Sequence record: PP763259.1
Direction: 5' to 3' (one strand)
From: Acinetobacter phage Ab15
DNA: 64,000 bases
This document shows, piece by piece, positions 51,931 through 60,492 of the stretch. Made by a program: the position numbers and the translations under genes. The notes beneath the pieces are model-generated. The model was given only the letters and a program-made list of their open reading frames with translations. It did no database searches and had not been told where the DNA came from. The number at the start of each line of letters is the position of its first letter. The stretch's first letter is position 1.

Positions 51931-53175
51931 ATGGAACAACTTGTTTTAAATATTAATAAAGTCCCTGTTGTGGAAGCATCTCAATTTAAATACTCAGACC
52001 ATATTTTTGTTTCAGTTAATGGTCAATTTAAAAGAATGAAAAGAACTGATCTCATTACCTTATTGAGTGCTGATGTTAAGGGTGAAAAAGGTGAGAGAGG
52101 TCCGATTGGTTTACAAGGTAGGACTGGAGCTACAGGTGCAACTGGTGCCACAGGAGCTACAGGTGCAACTGGAGATAAAGGCGATAAGGGAGATCGTGGA
52201 GATCGTGGTTTCCGAGGATGGTCACCAGTCTTCAAATCAGTGGCTGAAGATGGTTCTATTTACCTATACTTAAGTGATTGGGTTGGTGGTGAAAATACAA
52301 AACCTGATGTTCTAGGTTATATCTCACCTACAGGGATTGTAAACTATATCACTGAGGGCGCAACTGCAATCAACACTGACTTTGCACCACAAATCAATGA
52401 CCTTCAAGCAAATAAACTAGACGTTGGCTCTACAACTAGTGCTATCCCTGAAGGTTCAAACTTGTATTATACAGATGCAAGAGTTCGTGATGTAATCCTT
52501 ACAGATCTCTCTACAGCGACCTCTACAGCTATTGTAGCGACAGATACTGTATTAAGTGCATTTGGCAAGGCACAGGCTCAACTTAACCTTAAACAGAACA
52601 GTTCAAGCTTAGGAACAGATGTACAAGCTACAGTTCTATCTACTTACACCGTTGGTGGTAATACAGAAATTGCCAACACTGACACCATAGCAGCAGCTTT
52701 TGGTAAAGCTCAAGGGCAAATTAATGCTAGACAACTTTCAGCCAATCTTTCATCTGATGTTCAGGCTTTAGTACTTTCAGGTTATGTTGTTGGTTCTAAC
52801 ACAGCTTTAGCCAATACAGATACTTTCATTGCTGCTCTTGGCAAGTTGCAAGGTCAGATCAATGCCAGAGAGGTAGCTGCCAATGTACCAGCAGATGTTA
52901 GGGCAACAGTTCTTACAGGTCTTTCTACAGCAAGTTCTACAGCAATTACTGCTACAGATACTGTCTTGTCAGCCTTCGGGAAATTACAAGCCCAAGTCAA
53001 CTTGAAACAAGACTCATCTACCCTAGCTGCAAATGTAAGATCAACAACCCTTACAGGTTTCTCTGCTACACCAAACTCAGCAGTAGTTGCAGCAGACACT
53101 ATATTGGCAGCAATAGGAAAATTACAGGCTCAAGTTGATAGTTTATCTTCTAGAGTAACAGCACTAGGAGGATAA
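51931..53175 (+). CDS. tail fiber protein with collagen-like Gly-X-Y repeat
   Basis: 414 aa. It contains 15 uninterrupted G-X-Y triplets (GEKGERGPIGLQGRTGATGATGATGATGATGDKGDKGDRGDRGFRG). The C-terminal half is built from repeated ~40-aa Ala/Thr-rich units. Confidence 0.65.
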   Translation: MEQLVLNINKVPVVEASQFKYSDHIFVSVNGQFKRMKRTDLITLLSADVKGEKGERGPIGLQGRTGATGATGATGATGATGDKGDKGDRGDRGFRGWSPVFKSVAEDGSIYLYLSDWVGGENTKPDVLGYISPTGIVNYITEGATAINTDFAPQINDLQANKLDVGSTTSAIPEGSNLYYTDARVRDVILTDLSTATSTAIVATDTVLSAFGKAQAQLNLKQNSSSLGTDVQATVLSTYTVGGNTEIANTDTIAAAFGKAQGQINARQLSANLSSDVQALVLSGYVVGSNTALANTDTFIAALGKLQGQINAREVAANVPADVRATVLTGLSTASSTAITATDTVLSAFGKLQAQVNLKQDSSTLAANVRSTTLTGFSATPNSAVVAADTILAAIGKLQAQVDSLSSRVTALGG

Positions 53176-53176
53176 T

Positions 53177-53743
53177 ATGGCAACAACTTTTCTAGAGGAA
53201 ACTGTAGAAGTTTCAATTTCTCGTGAAGAGGCACCAACAACCTCTTCAGGGGTTGACCTAAGAAATATTTTAATTGTTAGCGACAACCCTAGATATTCAG
53301 ATAGTCATCGAGTCTACTCATCTGTTTCTGAAATGAAAATGGATGGTTTTACCAGTGATGACTTCGCTTTAAAATTTGCTGCTCTTTACTTCCCAAATAC
53401 AACAATACCTTACGATAGACCAAAGCTTATTGTATCTGGTGGTGCTCTTCTAACAGATTACCATGAATATATTAACAAGATATCTCAAGTATTGCAATCA
53501 ACAGATAACTTTGGATTGATTGTTACTGATGGTTTATATAGAGGCTTAACTGAGGAACAAGGTGCCAACTTTGTAATTAATGTTGCCCAGTATGTTGAAA
53601 CTACTGAGAAGTTTTATGCAGTTTTTCTCGACAATAGATTTATGCCTGAATACAAACAATTCATCCATGCAGCTAGTGATGATGTTGTACTAACAGAATC
53701 ACCTGAAGGATTATTGACAGAGAGTTCCTTTGTCAAAGAATAA
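53177..53743 (+). CDS. tail fiber assembly / hypothetical protein
   Basis: 188 aa. Confidence 0.4.
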   Translation: MATTFLEETVEVSISREEAPTTSSGVDLRNILIVSDNPRYSDSHRVYSSVSEMKMDGFTSDDFALKFAALYFPNTTIPYDRPKLIVSGGALLTDYHEYINKISQVLQSTDNFGLIVTDGLYRGLTEEQGANFVINVAQYVETTEKFYAVFLDNRFMPEYKQFIHAASDDVVLTESPEGLLTESSFVKE

Positions 53744-53769
53744 TTCAAGGCAGTTAAAAGGAGTTTAAC

Positions 53770-54444
53770 ATGGACATTTTAAAATTTAACTCTCGTGGTG
53801 ATTTAGTAGTTCACCTACAGAAAAAACTTGCATCATTAGGCTATAAGTTAAACCCAGATGGAATCTTTGGAAAGGCCACACAAGAAGCTGTTATTCATTT
53901 CCAAAGACAAAATGGCTTAACTTCTGATGGTATCGTTGGCAAGTTAACTTGGTCTATGTTGGACTCTAAAACTTCATCAATAGGTAAAACTAGAACAATT
54001 AGCCAAAACGGTATTGACTTTATAAAAAGTTTTGAGGGCTTAAGACTGCGTGCTTATGACGATGGTGTTGGGGTGATAACTATTGGTTATGGCACAACCC
54101 GTTATCCAAATGGTCATAAAGTTCAATTAGGCGATACCTGCACTGAAAAACAGGCAGAACAATACTTAGCCAATGATTTAGTCAAGTTTGAAAAAGCTGT
54201 TAATGAACTGGTAAAAGTCCCAGTCAATCAAAACCAATATGATGCACTTGTTAGCTTCACATATAATGTTGGAGTAGGTGCACTATCCACAAGTAAGGCT
54301 TTAAAGCTTCTAAATGCTGGTGATTACACTGGTTGTGCTAAAGCTATGCTTTCTTGGAATAAAGGTCGTGTTGGTGGAAAACTTGTTGAAATTGGTGGTC
54401 TAACCAGAAGAAGAAATGCAGAAAAGGATTTATTTTTAAAATAA
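53770..54444 (+). CDS. endolysin: PG_binding_1 domain plus GH24 (T4-lysozyme-like) muramidase
   Basis: The N-terminus is LQKKLASLGYKLNPDGIFGKATQEAVIHFQRQNGLTSDGIVGKLT. The catalytic region is FEGLRLRAYDDGVGVITIGYGTT. Confidence 0.75.
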   Translation: MDILKFNSRGDLVVHLQKKLASLGYKLNPDGIFGKATQEAVIHFQRQNGLTSDGIVGKLTWSMLDSKTSSIGKTRTISQNGIDFIKSFEGLRLRAYDDGVGVITIGYGTTRYPNGHKVQLGDTCTEKQAEQYLANDLVKFEKAVNELVKVPVNQNQYDALVSFTYNVGVGALSTSKALKLLNAGDYTGCAKAMLSWNKGRVGGKLVEIGGLTRRRNAEKDLFLK

Positions 54445-54465
54445 AAAGGATACAAGGAGAGATTT

Positions 54466-54747
54466 ATGGCTGATGTTTTAGTATCAGGTATCAAAATTTC
54501 AGAAATGGAATTAGTTAACGATGTAACAGGCGCTGAGAAAGTACCTACAGATCAAACAGGTGATAAAGCTATTAATATTGACCAGATATTAGCTTATGTT
54601 AATAGTAAGGTTAAACCTGTTTGGGGAAACATTCAAGGTGATATTGATCAGCAAACTGACTTGATTGACATCATAACTGCTCAAAATGCCACATTGATAA
54701 ATGAAATTGAACAGCTTAAACTTAGAGTTACACAACTAGAAACTTAA
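54466..54747 (+). CDS. small protein sharing the tailspike N-terminal anchor domain
   Basis: 93 aa. MADVLVSGIKISEMEL... is nearly identical to the N-terminus of ORF 20619. The C-terminus is coiled coil. Confidence 0.5.
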   Translation: MADVLVSGIKISEMELVNDVTGAEKVPTDQTGDKAINIDQILAYVNSKVKPVWGNIQGDIDQQTDLIDIITAQNATLINEIEQLKLRVTQLET

Positions 54748-54749
54748 AA

Positions 54750-54783
54750 AGAAACCCCTGAAGGAATTCCTTCAGGGGTTTTT
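54750..54783. terminator. bidirectional terminator between convergent genes
   Basis: cccctgaaggaattccttcagggg is a perfect palindrome flanked by A-runs and T-runs. Confidence 0.6.
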
Positions 54784-54804
54784 CTATGGCTAAAAATTTA
54801 TGAT

Positions 54805-57576
54805 TTATTGACAGTTATCACATTCTTCATGTCGCTTAATATCACCAGATCCCCTCATAGAGTAGATGTAGTATAAAGCTAAGATACCTGCATTTTCCAA
54901 AGCATATTTGTGAACCTTCATAATATACTCTGGAGTGTCATTACTTGTAAAATACAAGTTGATTGACTGTTGCTGATCAATATATTGTTGTCGTTGTGCA
55001 CACAAATCCAAATGTTTGATCATGTCAATCTCAAAGGCAGTTCTAAAGACATCCTTCTCATGCTGAGTCAACCAGTGAACATGTTGTACAGAACCTTTAT
55101 GCTTATTGATGTCATTGATTACGTCTTCATTGTAAACACCACGTTCCTTCATGATCTCTAGAAGGACCTTATTAACCCTCCAGATATCTCCTCCAGCACT
55201 CTGCTTAACGAACACCATAGCAACATCTAAACCAATACCTTCAGAAGCACCAGCCATAATCTCTGCTGTTGACTTTGTAGGTGGCATCATCATCGTTGTT
55301 GCATTACGGATTCCTAAATGAGCGCACCCTTCAGGCATACCAACTTCACGAGCCAACCACTTAGAAGCAGCTAAGGTTTGATCTCTCATACCCTTAAAGA
55401 TTTCTTCATTTAACCAGAAGCTCTCAAGGCTACCTACCACAATTCTACGTTTTTGTAGTAGTGTGTGGAAACCTAATACACCTGTACCAACTGCACGGAA
55501 TCTCTTGGTGAAGGCTAAGATTTTTCTAAATGCCAAGGCATCCTCTTTACCTTGCTTAGTTCGGTTTTCCATAAACTCGATGTAGTCACTCACATTACAA
55601 TCTTGCATTACATGTGCAATAAATGCTAAGTGAGGACATCTCGATTTCCACTCATCGTATAAGTCAAGGTTCAAGTTCAGAATTACACAAGAGAATGTAT
55701 GCTTCTCATCACTACCAAGTAACACTTCTTGGCAATTCATAGTATTCAAACCATTGAACATCAACATGTTACGTTTTGGCTCAAGTGCACAATATGTATC
55801 ATCAAATCTTCCTTGGTCGATCACTTCATCAACACATACAAATCTTTCAGCAGAACGTTGAGGTTTTCTTTCACTCCATTTTAGGCGGTGTGTTTTTAAA
55901 CCTAACTGACTCAACTTAAAGAGACCTGTACTCGATACAAGAAGACGATAAGCATCTTGGCATTCAAACAGTCCTTTATCACCCGTACCATTATTGAGAG
56001 GTAATTCTTTTAGACCACCTACATCCCTCAAGACAACCTTTGAAGAAACACCAAGTGTTTGTAACATCAATTGCACATCTTGTAAGAATGTCTTGTGAAT
56101 GCTTACCACTTGGATAGATTCATTTTCACCATTACGAGCAATAGTTCCATCTGAATCTAGGAGTCCAGCAAACCATTCCAATCGGCTTTCAACAGTGTAC
56201 TCAGATGTTGGTACAAAGAATTTATCCTTAAGTCCTTCACTGTGAGTAAGCTTAATACGATCACCACCTTGAAGTCCTGACACTGAAGAAACGCAAGTTA
56301 TATTTTCAAGTAACTCCTTCTTCTTACCATACAAGTATGTGTGTTTTTTACCTTTGTATTCAAAACCATCACCAGTGAAGAATCCATTAGTGTAAGCATG
56401 TTCGAGGGTCTTGTCACCTAAAATAACTGGTAGATCAAATTTAGATAGTCGATCACCAGACTTCAACTCGTAGGCACGTTTAATGACCTCATTGCCATCC
56501 TCACCAACAACCTTAAAGCGGTGATACTCTGTGCAATCTAATTCATACCCTGAATCAGTTACCACTTTAACTAACTTCTGATTTTCACCAGTTTTGATAA
56601 TTGTCACTTCAGACCATTCAAAACCATTCCACACCTCGACCTGTTGTCCCTCAAGGTCAGAAATCGTTTGATATCCACTTTTAGTTAAGATTAATGTCTC
56701 AGGTGAAACACACAAATTAGAAGCTTTCGCTGTCATACCTGCATCTTTAAATGCCTGAGCTAAGTGGCGGTTCATTTCATCAATCTTAGTGAAGTAACCC
56801 TTACCACGTTGCATCTTGATAGCAATAGCTTTAGCTAATAGGGCAACTGCTTCTGGGTCATCCTTGACTAACTTCTCAATGTACTCGTCCTTACATAACC
56901 ATGCTGGGTTATTACTTTCAGGTCGTTTGAATAAGTACTTTAAAACTTCCTCAAACTCGGGATGTTCAATACTTACAGCATAAGATAAACTACCTCTACG
57001 GCTACCTTGAACAACCTCATCCATACAGTTGATTAAGTCACGGATAAGAGGCATAACCCCACCACTGTAACCACCACGAGGTAGTTTCTTACCTTTATAG
57101 GCCCAATCATCAATTGAGTAAGATGTACCATGTGAGTGCTTAGTTAGGATAGCTGCTTCAGTCACACAATCATAACGAGAGAACAAGTCATCACCAACAT
57201 AACCGCTAGCACAACTTACTGTTGATCCCCTTTCAGGTAAACCACTGTTCGCCAATAAAGGAGTTGAACAAGACACATAACCATCCCAAAGTACGTCAAA
57301 AAACACCTCCTCCCAAGTTTTACCAGCCGTATAAGTATCCACATTCCACCAAGAAGGGTACTTATCTGGTGCATGTTTAGCTAAAGTCTTAGCAATCATT
57401 TTATAGCGAGCTTTTACAGTCTCACCATTCCACGAATACTTTTCAAAGAACAACTGAGTCCCACCAGTGGTAAACCATTTAGGGATCTCTCCATGTTCTT
57501 GTAGTTTTTTTCGAAGTTGACTGTAACTGTCAACCCCGTATAATTCCAATGTCTCTAAATAAGATAAAACAGCCAC
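54805..57576 (-). CDS. nrdA: ribonucleotide reductase large subunit with in-frame LAGLIDADG intein
   Basis: 923 aa. The catalytic motif SNL-C…N-CQEV is split by about 326 aa beginning CVSPETLILTKSGY (intein block A). It contains GFFTGDG and FAGLLDSDG dodecapeptide motifs and ends ...NTMN|C. Confidence 0.75.
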   Translation of the reverse strand: MAVLSYLETLELYGVDSYSQLRKKLQEHGEIPKWFTTGGTQLFFEKYSWNGETVKARYKMIAKTLAKHAPDKYPSWWNVDTYTAGKTWEEVFFDVLWDGYVSCSTPLLANSGLPERGSTVSCASGYVGDDLFSRYDCVTEAAILTKHSHGTSYSIDDWAYKGKKLPRGGYSGGVMPLIRDLINCMDEVVQGSRRGSLSYAVSIEHPEFEEVLKYLFKRPESNNPAWLCKDEYIEKLVKDDPEAVALLAKAIAIKMQRGKGYFTKIDEMNRHLAQAFKDAGMTAKASNLCVSPETLILTKSGYQTISDLEGQQVEVWNGFEWSEVTIIKTGENQKLVKVVTDSGYELDCTEYHRFKVVGEDGNEVIKRAYELKSGDRLSKFDLPVILGDKTLEHAYTNGFFTGDGFEYKGKKHTYLYGKKKELLENITCVSSVSGLQGGDRIKLTHSEGLKDKFFVPTSEYTVESRLEWFAGLLDSDGTIARNGENESIQVVSIHKTFLQDVQLMLQTLGVSSKVVLRDVGGLKELPLNNGTGDKGLFECQDAYRLLVSSTGLFKLSQLGLKTHRLKWSERKPQRSAERFVCVDEVIDQGRFDDTYCALEPKRNMLMFNGLNTMNCQEVLLGSDEKHTFSCVILNLNLDLYDEWKSRCPHLAFIAHVMQDCNVSDYIEFMENRTKQGKEDALAFRKILAFTKRFRAVGTGVLGFHTLLQKRRIVVGSLESFWLNEEIFKGMRDQTLAASKWLAREVGMPEGCAHLGIRNATTMMMPPTKSTAEIMAGASEGIGLDVAMVFVKQSAGGDIWRVNKVLLEIMKERGVYNEDVINDINKHKGSVQHVHWLTQHEKDVFRTAFEIDMIKHLDLCAQRQQYIDQQQSINLYFTSNDTPEYIMKVHKYALENAGILALYYIYSMRGSGDIKRHEECDNCQ
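55735..56712 (-). mobile_element. intein (LAGLIDADG homing-endonuclease type) within nrdA
   Basis: Residues 289-614 of the ORF. Excision restores the NLCQEV active-site motif. Confidence 0.65.
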
Positions 57577-57586
57577 AAATACCTCC

Positions 57587-58150
57587 TTACTTACTTCCTT
57601 GTAATCCTTTATTCTCTTCTGAATCTTCCATGATCAGCTTCAAGAGTTCTTCTTGTTCCTCTTGTTCTTTCTTCCTCATATTATTCCAAGCTTCTACAAA
57701 CATAGCCTCAGACCAGTTACTTTCATACTCTCGGTTTTGACCCTTAGTGAAGAAATCTGGCATCTGGTAACCGTATGTATTTAAGTTAAACATCTTAGCC
57801 ACTTTAGAATCCTTCTGAGTAACTTGAAACTCTTTAGGGATTTTATCTACAGGAACCTGCAAACGAGTCAAGAAAGTAAAGATTCGGAAGCGCACAAAAT
57901 CAATGTACTCGGCTGTTGTATACCCATTAAGTGAACCTGAAGGGATTGCCATATCAATGATTCGCTTCTCATGCTCTAACACGTAGTGGCAAGCTTGTAG
58001 TAACTTTCCAAACATTTCTTCATGCTCATGTAGAGGTTTCCCTACTTCATGGAAATAGGTGTTAAAATGTTCTGCGGCGTAAATTCCATGCAACATGGGT
58101 TGTTCAGGTGTGCTCGTTACACACACCCCGTAGAGTACTTCACCACTCAA
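57587..58150 (-). CDS. nrdB: ribonucleotide reductase small subunit, C-terminal exon region
   Basis: It carries GSLNGYTTAEYIDFVRFRIFTFLTRLQVPV, matching the conserved GLNkd..YveYitN.R...GL region of R2. It has no proper start (TTG). It lies out of frame with the upstream part. Confidence 0.55.
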   Translation of the reverse strand: MSGEVLYGVCVTSTPEQPMLHGIYAAEHFNTYFHEVGKPLHEHEEMFGKLLQACHYVLEHEKRIIDMAIPSGSLNGYTTAEYIDFVRFRIFTFLTRLQVPVDKIPKEFQVTQKDSKVAKMFNLNTYGYQMPDFFTKGQNREYESNWSEAMFVEAWNNMRKKEQEEQEELLKLIMEDSEENKGLQGSK

Positions 58151-58538
58151 GTACTCACAGCTTACACTTTCATGTAAGATCAGACTATATCATCACCACA
58201 AGGTTTTACTTGTTGTGGTGCTTCCCACTTCGGTCTTACTTAAGACCTACTCCCCGAAGGGATAGTCGTTGAGGATTCTAAACCTAATTCCAACCACAAA
58301 GCTTTCCAACGTTTTTTATGCCTAATTAACGAAACATATCTAATGTATCCAGAAAATTTTGGATGTTTAAATTTTTCCATAATTACCTCCATAATAAGAG
58401 GTTGGAATTAGGTTTAGCTTTCCTGCTGATTGCCCAATACTTTAGATTTTTACTCAGTGTTTAAATTTTTCAACACTTCAGTACTAAAGTCTCTAAGGGG
58501 TTTCCAGCATTTCAAGAAGTTTATTGAGGACTTGCAAA
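58151..58538 (-). mobile_element. candidate group I intron interrupting nrdB (boundaries approximate)
   Basis: About 390 nt with no long ORF lie between two nrdB halves in different frames. There is an 18-bp perfect inverted repeat (58278-58295 / 58400-58417) and further hairpins. Confidence 0.45.
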
Positions 58539-59306
58539 TTAATCCTCATCTAGTGCACTCTGGTTAGCAATTTGGGCAATAACTTTAATTAAGTTAAAAC
58601 CATTTGTCTGGAAGCTCTTAAGGATAGCAAAACTAGAGAACAACAAAGCTGTCTCTGTTAAAGAGAAGCACAAGCATGCAAGCATCTTGTTTTCATCTCG
58701 CATTAAACCATCTAACCATTCCATACGTTCATTGAGTACAGGGTCATCAATGTATGATGTGTAGTAATCATCAGTATCTAGTCCAAGTACAATGTTAATC
58801 TCATTGTACGTTCGTGCATGGACCATCAACTCAATCATTGCTAAAGCAGAAGCACCAGCACGGGATTCATGTCGAGGGAATACTTTAATGAATAATCCAT
58901 TCCAGAATTCATCACCAACAATTAATTCATACTGTAAGAATAAGTGTAGAACTGTTTTTACTGCATGTAGTTGCTCTTTAGTTAGCACATACTCAAGTTC
59001 CATCTGGTCATTCTTGACTTCCATTTCACTCTTAAACCACATCTGCTCTTCAAGCTGCTGGTCAGCAATCTCAAGAATCTTTGGGTACTTAATCTCATAG
59101 CCACTATTGGGTGATGTAATACGGGTTTGCACTAATCCAGTTTTCTCTGAATTTAATGTTTTGTTTATTGTCACATAAACGAATTTCCCTTCAGGGTTTT
59201 TCTCATCCTTGACATTGATGATAACCTTTCCAGCCGGTGGTGGTAAAAATCTAATCTTCTCAACCTGACCTTCGGTTAAATCCACCTCAATATTAATTTT
59301 AGACAT
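58539..59306 (-). CDS. nrdB: ribonucleotide reductase small subunit, N-terminal exon region
   Basis: It carries KYPKILEIADQQLEEQMWFKSEMEV…LTKEQLHAVKTVLHLF…AMIELMVHARTY…SLTETALLFSSFAIL. This matches the R2 FW.pEE, E..H and helix-E Glu regions. The ORF runs into a stop before the expected RDE..H motif. Confidence 0.6.
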   Translation of the reverse strand: MSKINIEVDLTEGQVEKIRFLPPPAGKVIINVKDEKNPEGKFVYVTINKTLNSEKTGLVQTRITSPNSGYEIKYPKILEIADQQLEEQMWFKSEMEVKNDQMELEYVLTKEQLHAVKTVLHLFLQYELIVGDEFWNGLFIKVFPRHESRAGASALAMIELMVHARTYNEINIVLGLDTDDYYTSYIDDPVLNERMEWLDGLMRDENKMLACLCFSLTETALLFSSFAILKSFQTNGFNLIKVIAQIANQSALDED

Positions 59307-59319
59307 CTTAACTCCTTTT

Positions 59320-59384
59320 AATTTTTAAAATTATAAATCATAAACTCCATGTAAAAGTAAGGCCACTCAATGGTGGCCTCTTCT
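59320..59384 (-). terminator. hairpin terminator (minus strand)
   Basis: aggccaccattgagtggcct is followed by a short T-run on the minus strand. Confidence 0.35.
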
Positions 59385-59385
59385 G

Positions 59386-59862
59386 TTATTTACGTTTAAT
59401 TCTTGCACTGGTAATTCGAGGTTTATCTGAAGAGCGATGATACTCAATTTCAAAACCCAACTCATTTAAGATGTCTGAAAATTCACGAGAGGTTAAATTG
59501 GAGTCAAACAATGGTACATCCTCACCATAATTCTTGACAACTTTAATACCTTGAATTTCCTTACGAGATACCTTTTCCAAGATTTCTTCACAAAATAACT
59601 TAGCGAATAAGTCACACAGTGTTTGTACTGCTGGTCGTTTCTCTGGGGTTCGAAAACCGTTCTGGTCCTCTAATGAGTGCCAACCCCACCAACGACCTTC
59701 ACCAATATCTGTTTGTGCGAATAAACTTCGAGTATTTCTTTTGTGATCCTGATAATGCCCAAGTCGCACAATAAAGTTATCTAGAGTATTCCCTGTCATG
59801 TCTACATAATTAGGACGTTTGGTAGGGTCTTTCTCTTGGACTTGGTTTACTGTTTCAATCAT
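59386..59862 (-). CDS. hypothetical protein
   Basis: 158 aa. Confidence 0.5.
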   Translation of the reverse strand: MIETVNQVQEKDPTKRPNYVDMTGNTLDNFIVRLGHYQDHKRNTRSLFAQTDIGEGRWWGWHSLEDQNGFRTPEKRPAVQTLCDLFAKLFCEEILEKVSRKEIQGIKVVKNYGEDVPLFDSNLTSREFSDILNELGFEIEYHRSSDKPRITSARIKRK

Positions 59863-60416
59863 ATAGTCTCCTTATGAATTGTTTACATAATATGTAGGGA
59901 TGTTATCTGGCACCTCTACAAGTTGAAGGTATTGTAGTATGAATTAAATTTATAAAACACCCCACACCTTTAGAAATTCTTAAAAGTTTACCTTGTTTGG
60001 TTGTTTGTTAAACACAACACAAAATAAAGGTAGAACCTAGAGGTTATCTTTAAATTTGTCACTAGGGGAAATCCTTCAGGGAATAAAAAAGGGCACCACC
60101 TTGAAGTAGTGCCCTAAAAAGTACCCTAGGGAATATTAATATATTAACCCCTGAGGAAAATTTTTTAAGTATCCTCTTATATTTATAGTACCCCAAAAAG
60201 TCATTTTGTCAAGCTAAAACCATGCCAATTAATCATTGGAAATTTCGATTAAAAATTAAATATTAGTAAATTCTGTAAAAAATACATCAGACCGATTTGA
60301 TCAAATGCATTTTTTAAAAGTGAAAATAACCAGTTCAAAATGGTTTTAACCAGACCGATTTGATCAAATGTTCTAATAAGGTAATAAATAGGGTTTTAAA
60401 TATGTTTCTTTTTAAG

Positions 60417-60450
60417 TTGACAGAGAAAAAATTTTTTTATAAAGTTATCC
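60417..60450 (+). promoter_or_regulatory. candidate promoter (TTGACA -35)
   Basis: The sequence is agTTGACAgagaaaaaatttttttaTAAAGTtatcc. Confidence 0.35.
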
Positions 60451-60492
60451 ACATCCAAAGATGGTTGATTGGTATAAGTAAGGAGAATTTTT

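Noticed and set aside
52100-52200. Short tandem nucleotide repeats (ggtgcNacNggNgc…) that could be mistaken for a microsatellite or CRISPR-like array
   Set aside because: They lie inside a long ORF and encode a Gly-X-Y collagen-like tract. They are not spacer/repeat units.
58150-58540. Considered the nrdB intervening segment to be an independent small gene or a mere intergenic spacer
   Set aside because: The two flanking ORFs are halves of one conserved protein in different frames, so a spacer makes no sense. The only internal ORF is 47 codons and sits in a hairpin loop, which is more consistent with an intron-borne ORF remnant.
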